From the human T2T-CHM13v2.0 reference genome, Homo sapiens, in assembly GCF_009914755.1 (NCBI RefSeq), contig NC_060939.1: DNA of 64,000 nucleotides; one strand, 5' to 3'. This document shows positions 55,700 to 64,000 of this stretch, one piece after another. A program made the translations under genes and the position numbers. The first letter of the stretch is position 1. The number at the start of each line of letters is the position of its first letter. A model generated the notes under the pieces. That model saw only the letters and a list, made by a program, of their open reading frames with translations, was not told the origin of the DNA and made no database searches.

Positions 55700-58073
55700 G
55701 TGGGTATCTTTTTCTCCTACATTTGCTAAAAACCTACTTAGAGATTATTAGCAGCATATCTCTTGCTATGAAAGTGTCTTAATCAAGTTTTTACATGGTT
55801 AACTAAGAACAGGAAATGATAATAATCTCAAATGTCATTAACAACTAAAATGATTATTATCCACAACAGAATACTTTAGTAAATACATTAGAAGTGTGAA
55901 TGGGAGGCAGAAGATAGTAGCCTTTGGTCTTCTGTGTGTGCGCATGTATGTTTGTGTGTGTAGTCATATATACACACATATATATTTGTATGCTGATGAC
56001 TTGTAAAATTCCACAAATTGTGTTTTTCACTGTCTTGTACAATGTCAGCTTGATATCAATGTTTATTCTGCAATATGCTTTGTGGTGCTATTGGTTTTTG
56101 ATGTACTGGAGTTTATTTTTCACATTGAGAAAGCTCTGTCAAAAATGTGTTGTGTGATGTGTCTGTAATGTGTCATGTCTTTGTCCAACATCTTTGACTT
56201 GCAATTCCATGAGCAGAAGAAGGAAGGAGAAAGATTCTTTTATGAGGTTTGTGATAGTAAGCATCTTATCCCTTACCTGGCTGTTCCCTCCAACCCTCAC
56301 TCCATACCTAAAGACCATTGCATTTTCTACTTATTCCCATTTGCTTGTTTGGAACAGACAGACAGTGAAATACTAGCTATGCACCTGCATCTTCCTGCCT
56401 GCCACAGTCTTTTCTTTCATAAACTGACCTAAGCATTCAGGGATTGAGGACTGGAGAAGGTGCTGAGAGGGAGGGTCATGAAGCAGGGTTTCTCCCCATG
56501 CCCTTATTCCGCTGGAAACAATCTCAAGGGCAGCTATGTCAAGAATATGTAGATATATACTTCTGTTTAAGATTCCTTTACATTGTTCCTTCCCGTGGGA
56601 AAGTTTATGAGATGTGCGTAATGCTAGGATGCATTTCAAAGTAAATATCCCTTTTATTTCTAAACTTATGTGACTACAAATGTTTCTTTTAAGATTGGCT
56701 CCTTCCCATGTGATTTTGCTTTTAACCCCAAGGAGATGTTTTTACACTTCTCCAATGTCTGTTTCTTTTTCAGTATTTTGAAAAATGAACTTGCTATTTA
56801 GCATTCTGCAATGGTGAAGCACTAGAATATATGTGTGATGATGCAAAACTTTAAAAAAATGAACCTTTATGAGCTGTGCCTTCATTGCAATCTCAGTTTT
56901 ATTTGTATAAAATAAGGCCTCATTCCCTAAAGTGTGTTAATGCTTTATGTAAAGTTTGAGGGCATTGATCTTATTTTAAAATTATTCTGCTGAATTAGGT
57001 AAGCACAACCAATTAAGGAACATAATGTGAGATTTCCTTTTCAATTTTACTGATGTTTTATATTCAGACTTGAAGTCCACTTAGCATTTAGAAAAGTGAT
57101 GAAGAAATTATTGATTTCATGTGGGAAATATTATCTCCTTCCTATAAATTTTAAAGCCCACAAATCATTTAAGAATAAAGTTATATTTAAAATGTCATAT
57201 TTCCATAAATTTATCCTTATGCTACTTATGCTATTTCATTACTATTCTGTGTTTGAACTCTAATGTGAATAACATATTGTTGAACTGAATTTAACCAGAT
57301 AAATCAGACCTGTACTTAAAGGAAACTGGATGGGCCAAGCCACTTGCTAATTAAAAATGTTATAAAGTGGCTTGTTCACCAATCAAAAATGAATTCCTTA
57401 TTTCAGATAGAATTGCTGGTTTGAAATATACAGGTTTCACGCTATTCATTTTATTTCAAATAGATGACTAAACCATAGAACTCCTCCTCTTATTGAAGAA
57501 CATAATGAAAACAGAAATACTGAGCTTGGTACCTTCTTCCTTTAAAACTCTTGCAATGTCTACTTGCTAAACTCCTCAGACACGATTTAAGAAGAAAGCG
57601 TAAATAAATCAGTGAAATAAAATGAATGCCTAGCTTCTAACGATGTAATCTTCTCCTTTCTTTTTCTAAATATTTTTTTTCATTTCTTTCCTTCCTCTCT
57701 TTACCCTTTTCTGTGATTTTCTGTTTCTCCTGTTTTCTTTTTCTCCTCTCTATGCATAGATCTTTTCTCTTACTGTGTTCCATTTTCAGCTCAAAGTTTT
57801 AGGTAGGGCCAGTCAGCATTTGCATAGAGATTGATGAAATGTCAGGAGGAAGCAAGACTTGCATTCAAGTCTGAGTGCATCATGTGTCCTCCCAGAAAAT
57901 AGAAGCTTAATTGATACAGAATTATGATAGAATTTCTGATTACTCTGGGGTCTCAAGGCAACAGAATTTCTAAATAATAAGCAGAGTTCTTCCAATATTG
58001 TTGTATAAACATGGCAGTATCTAAATGGTTTCCTTAACTTGGGGCTTTTATAAAGATGAAAAAGGATTTGATT

Positions 58074-58132
58074 GAAAATTATAGAATTCACCCTTTGATA
58101 TGAGAAAATTACAGAATTCACCCTTTGATATG
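58074..58132 (+). repeat. 30-bp tandem duplication
   Basis: gaaaatta(t/c)agaattcaccctttgatatg twice. Confidence 0.9.
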
Positions 58133-60171
58133 CAACACTTGATACAGACATGTTCAGGGGCCTTTAAAAGTTATACAATGTGTTCTAATTCAAATTCCCA
58201 GTTTTTTCCTTACAGTGGAACTGGTTGTAAAACCTTTCACTGGTATTATAACCAATTCCACTGTAAATAAGGGAAATATTCCAGGCTAGACCTTATTCTT
58301 CATTTAAGAGTTTCTTTTTATCTTATCCCCCACCATCTGTGCTGATATATGTACTTCTTGCTATAAAAATTAAATAGCAAATAATTGCTTGTGCACTTGC
58401 TCAAAATGGTTTTTAATGCTATGTGTTTATTAGCTGGCTTCTAACAACAGCATTGCTTTCCTCTAATATTATACTATCTGCAAAGTGCTGGCTGCTTACA
58501 GGCATGACTGCGTGCTACTGCAGCTCCCTGCTGCTTTAACCTTATCACCATGTAGTTGAGGCAGCTGTTTTTTCTTCACAGAATCAGCCTCTTTTCCCCC
58601 TGGAAATAAAAAGAGTGTTTAAAACCCTTTTTCAGTGGAAAAATTCACTCTCTGTATGGAGTTCAAATGGAAGCATTGCTTAACACCATGATGATCGTGG
58701 GATTATGTTGTTGACAATGGTTCCAAAAACAGTCACTTAAGCAATCATTGTTAGACAGTTGCATGCACAATATCCTATGGGCCATGTCAGCACATTTACT
58801 TTCTAATGCCCTATTTAGGGAAAAAAAAAGTCAAAAGAGAAAAGCAAACCACTAATTTTCTTCTCCTCTAAAGTGATTTTCCAACACACTTCTCTGCATA
58901 CAAATCAGGGGCATGTTTTGGCATAACATCTCTGATTCCTCTAGAGAATATATAAAAAAAAATCTCACAAACCACGAAGAAAAACTAACCTTTAGGAATG
59001 GAGTACAGAGTCTGTTTTTTTAAAAAGCACCTCTGGTGATTTTTTATGTGGATACAGTTTTGGGAATCACTATACTAAAACAAGTAAAATAGCCAACCCG
59101 TGTTATAGATGTACTAGAGCTACAAGTTAATTTGCACTACAATCCCCATATAATATTATCTGTCCCTTTATAACACAATAACAACAAAATGATTATCAGG
59201 GTGCCATGTAATAATTTTCATTCATTGGTGAGTGATTACGTTAGGTTACATTATGTTAATAGCTTAATTATTTCATGAATATAATTTATTATCTATCAAT
59301 TGCAAATAATTACTTAGCTTGTATTCATTTTGTAACAAAAACACATTGCTGCAGCCCATGAAAAGGACTTATCATTAATTTGTAATCTAATATATACAGG
59401 TATATGAAAAAATCCAAAATTTAATTTCTTTTCAGGAAGTTATAAGATATGCATTTTGAAACTCTAAAGAACTTGTGTTATGATCATTGATTTAGAAGGT
59501 GCATTAATCCTTCACAATATTTTATTGGTGCAATCGTTTTAAATGGTAGAATCCATAGTTATCCATAAGCCCACTAACTGTTGATGTTACTTCAAATTGT
59601 AGTTAGCTGTTATTAAGACATTCAGGGAAAAAGGAGGGTTCGTTTGTTCAGCTAAATTATTTTCATCTGTTGACCACAGGCAGCTCCATTAGGTATAATG
59701 ATAATGCTATTTGTATTGTTATGACTCAAAAAAGGATTGACTCTTCTGTGTCATACCATGGTGGTAAAATTTCCCATGAGAGTAACTTCACATAAGTCCA
59801 GGCAGAATAGAGCCAAGGAATCTGGACCATAACCCCATCATTTTAAAAATATGGATATTGTAATGGTCAACTAAATTATCCTTTTATTTCAGAGATGTAT
59901 ATCTATGTCGCTTTTAATTTTTAATGACAAATTTGATGTGTCAACTAGAAATTGCATCTGACTGCCCAAAAGTGTGTGTATGTAGCTCATTGAAATTCAT
60001 TGTAATACCTATTAGCCACATGGACTAAGTCATTAGCTAAGCAACCCTAGACCAGGAAGGAAAAACATTAATCTTCATCATTTTTCACTTGCCACTAGCC
60101 TGTCAACTTTAAACGTGCTGAGGCAACAGGAGATGAAAGATCAGAGCTTCAAAGGAAATAATACTCCATGC

Positions 60172-60365
60172 CAGTAGTTCTTCTTGAACTTCAGCACGCA
60201 TCAGAACTACCTGATGAGTTTATGAAAAACACACATCACTGAACTCTACCCCCAGTGTATTTGATTCAGTACGTTTGGGGCAGGGCCAGGTGATTTGCAT
60301 TTCTAACGAATCTCTGGGTGACGCTGATGCTACTGGTCTGGGGACCATGCATTGAGAATTACTGC
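60172..60365. mobile_element. MER5A MITE
   Basis: cagtagttc...catcagaac.acctg...tttgcatttctaac...tgagaattactg. Confidence 0.75.
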
Positions 60366-60389
60366 TATATGCTTTCTGAAAAAGAATCA

Positions 60390-60689
60390 GGCCAGGTGTG
60401 GTAGCTCGTTCCTGTAATCCCAGCACTTTGGGAGGCCAAAGTGGGTGGATCACCTGAGGTCAAGAGTTCGAGATCAGCCTAACATGGCAAAATCCTGTTT
60501 CTACTAAAAATACCAAAAATTAGCCAGGCATGGTGGTGGGCGCCTGTAATCCCAGCTACTCAGGAGGCTGAAGCGGGAGAATCACTTGAACCCTAGAGGC
60601 GGAGGTTGCAGTGAGCAGAGATCGCACCACGGCACTCCAGCCTGGAAAACGGAGTGAGATGCTGTCTCAAAAAAAAAAAAAAAAAAAAA
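60390..60689 (+). mobile_element. AluS (Sx-like)
   Basis: Full dimer with A-tail; TSD aaaag(a/t)atca. Confidence 0.92.
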
Positions 60690-63600
60690 GTATCAGATAA
60701 TTAGAAAATAACACAGAATACCCGTTTTTCTTATTTGTACACCAGTCCTGACCAGCCTACTTTCTGTGTTTTGAATCTTAAGAACACCTGAGATTCAAGG
60801 TGTTTGTATGGAAATTGGAACAGCATGCAAGAGTGCAGGCAAGTATTTGTATTAAAGAATAGGATAGTCCCAAAATAAAGGTAGTCGATTTGCAATCATA
60901 TACAAAATTCTTGCAGTTTTTTAAGATTCTGGCCTTTATGCTTGAATTTTATATGTAATCTTATAAAAAATGGTGTTATAGTTAACAGAGGCCAAATTTT
61001 TCATTCAGGTTTCTAATCTGTCTCACCTTTTCTTCTTAATATAGAAATATAAGTTACTAGTTAATAAATTAATAAGAATTAATCTACTGTTCTCATATTT
61101 TCAGGAATTACAAAATATAGAATAAATTATAAAGTATATATTAGATAGTAAAATAGACAATTTCAAATTGTCACATTATATCTTTCAGTTCTAAAACTGT
61201 TTTCTAAACCAATTTGAAAAGTTCTTCGTATTTAGTTAGAATATCCATTGTTGCCTACTTACATGTAGTTTATCTGCAGGTGGGCAGAAATTGGGGTACA
61301 AAATAAAAACATTTTTTAATGCCTGGGGTCTCAAGGAGATTACAAGGTGTAAGGAACTTGGTAAAACATAATTAGACTAGAGATGCCTTTTAGCACTTAC
61401 TGAAGGATATTCAGAAGCCAGCTGTTCCACGTCTTTCTCCACCACTGTAAGCACCTCTTCCTCTTGGGGCTGACTGCTGTATGAAAAAAAGGTCTGAGCA
61501 CACTGAATATGATGACAGAATTTACTCCTTCGCTAATTCATTCAACAAATATTTATTTGCTGAGCACTTGTTATGAGCTGTAAATTTTACTAGGAACTGG
61601 AGATACATTAATTACTAAGATGCAGACCCCACCCTCAAAGAACTTAGAAGTTTTTAGGGGAATCAGAGCAATTAAAGAGATAAGGTTTGTGAGAGAAAAA
61701 CAACAAGGACACTCCTAAATGTGAAGATATCCTTCAGATGAAAGTTTTAATTGTTATAACTTATCCTGCAACAATTCAGAAATAAACTCAAACCTCACCT
61801 CTTGTTGTATAAATAGAGGTAAAAAGGGAAATGTAATTTGGCTGACGTCAGTAAAAGCAACCAGTTATAGCTTCATAGCCCCAGATAATAAGGAGAATTG
61901 AATATTTGAAGTGCTGGCCTTTTATTGTGGCAACATGCACAGACTGCCTGGTTTCTTTCTCCTCCTAACCATCTCTGCAATTAGATTTAATAAATTGAAC
62001 TTAATGGAAAATTAAGAGAATAATAAGGGCCAATAAAGCAAATTATATTGAAGTGATTTAATAAATATGTTTAATAATTTAGCACTACTACCACATAAAG
62101 TTTAGCTAACTGCTAAGCTTGTGAAATTAAGAAAAGGTGCTGCTGAGGAGGTTGAAAGGTTTTTTGGTTGGCGAGCCATGTCAAAATGAAATACAGACCC
62201 AGGCAGGTGACGCTTGTTAACCTCATTTCCCAGGGCATTTAAGAGAGCTCACAGGGTTACTCATATACTGCCAAGTCTCTTTTTAAACTCACCTCTCTCT
62301 GAACCTTAAGAAAACTTAAGGAGAAAGGAGACATGCCCCAGCAAGGAAGGAGAGGGAGACGGCTTCACTTTAACTGCCATCTTCTATAATAAATCTATTT
62401 CATTATCTTGTTGTGATCACCTTCAGTTGCTCATGCCTGCTTTAACAAACCATAAACCAATGCCATTACTGGTAAAATTTAACTTCTTTAACCCAGTCAG
62501 TTCTCTTGTTTGCCCTACTAAGCAGAATAGTCCTCAGACACCCTGAGATAATGGCTCACAGAGAACACTCTGTCCCCAGCACTTGATGGTCAACAGGTCC
62601 TGAATTCAGTTGACTGGGTGGACTATATTCACATCGCTGAGCAGTGGTTTATAACACATGCAGGAATGTGAAGAAACAGCCAAATGGGTCAGACAGAGTA
62701 GGTCAGGGGAAAAGGGCAGAACAAAATTCTGAACATAAAGTGTCTCGTTGATTCTATTCCTAACTTATCCCTACCCAGTCCATTTTCACAATTAGCCAAT
62801 AGATGCAACATGTAAGCCCTAAATTCCTTTCCCATTGTTATAAAACGGGGATTCCTGTTTTTTTAATGAACATTCTCAGAAGAGAATTTCTTCAGAGGAA
62901 ATAGCTTCTAAGAATGCAGCTCTTCAGTCCCCATGTGGCTCCAAAAGCATAACACATTATCTGTGCTTTGGTTTTACCCATTTGGAAACAACGAGGAAGT
63001 TGAACTATGTGATTTCAGAAATTCTTTTTTTTTCTAAATTTCTGTCATTATAAGGACAATCCGCATGTTAGCAATCCATGAAGTAGAGGAATAGTGTATG
63101 TGTTGCAGGTGAGAAGGGAAAAAATGTATAAGAGAAAAGAATGTCACATCACTCATATAAAGCCTGAAGGTGTAATTTAAAGAAAAACAGTTCATAGAAA
63201 CAGAAAAAGCCAAAATTCCTTATATTCACTAACTCAAAACTATATTGAGTGAATTATAAAAGGTAAGGCAATCTTTTTTTTTCCTTCAGTTGTCTAGACT
63301 GAAGAACCTCATTTAACATATCTCAAAGGCATTTTGTTGATTTGAAGCACAGTGACAGTTGGATTTACTGCATACTCTCTTTAATTAGGATGGGAGACAG
63401 CTATTGATGTTCAACTTTTTGAAACCCAGAAGTTAGAAACATGAATTTATACAACTGATACCTCTAGCATAACATTCATGCAAATCTGAATAGGATAAAG
63501 AAAATGCCATAGTCTGTCTGAAAATTGTCATGTAAGTTCTTGGAGTTTCTCCTTAAGAGGCATTTTAAAACGAAACAAAAAACAGGGTAGTATGGTTAGA

Positions 63601-64000
63601 GCTGGGCACATTTGTTTCCGGTAGAGAGGACCGTGTATTCTTTTACTTCTGACAACAAACCACAGTATTCATGCTGACACCACAGGCTTATGAAGTGATT
63701 TAGGGCATTTCCAGGAAAGTACCCTACTTCTAGATTCACTAGGGAATTTTTGCTGAATTCTCAGTCATATATTTTAAGTTGAAGTAGACCCTATAAGATG
63801 AAAAGATTCCGGTCAAGTGGAAGATTTGAAGGAAAATGATGTTTTAAAAAGAAAACATAAAAAAAGCAAGAGCCCAGATAAGATTGTGAGAAGTTGCTTG
63901 AAGCAATTCCCTGGTGGAAAGCCAGCTTGAAGGATGATACGCCAGTGTCATGATCATATTTGGGTTTATTACACCAGTTAGGAGGATGAAGGGGGGAAAC

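Noticed and set aside
63260-63289. AAG|GTAAGG...ttccttcag donor-acceptor pair
   Set aside because: 27 nt is too short for a spliceosomal intron, and the flanks have no Munc13-like coding sequence.

Overview
Primate (almost certainly human) genomic DNA from inside the UNC13C (Munc13-3) gene, which is transcribed on the + strand. I resolved five short internal coding exons of the MUN/MHD1 region with canonical AG/GT boundaries and consistent phases: 38478-38604, 43949-44045, 44705-44848, 50986-51063 and 55622-55699. The last two are absent from the ORF track. Everything else is intron. The first ~27 kb is mostly nested antisense LINE-1 copies (an L1PB-like element, two old L1M elements, a 5'-truncated L1PA3-like insertion), plus a sense solo LTR12 (ERV9), Tigger/MER2 and MST elements. 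The rest is AT-rich intron with Alus, L1/L2/MER5 fragments and small tandem duplications. Nearly all other ORFs in the track are decayed L1 ORF1/ORF2 or chance frames. No new multi-gene system is evident. The most interesting signals are splicing or regulatory hypotheses: (1) a sense LTR12 promoter followed by an ATG plus splice donor in frame with the next UNC13C exon; (2) a perfect U1 snRNA 5'-end mimic just upstream of a symmetric exon; (3) a distant-branch-point candidate poison exon; (4) inverted Alus bracketing exon blocks. Repeat subfamily calls come from remembered consensus sequences and need RepeatMasker/Dfam confirmation.
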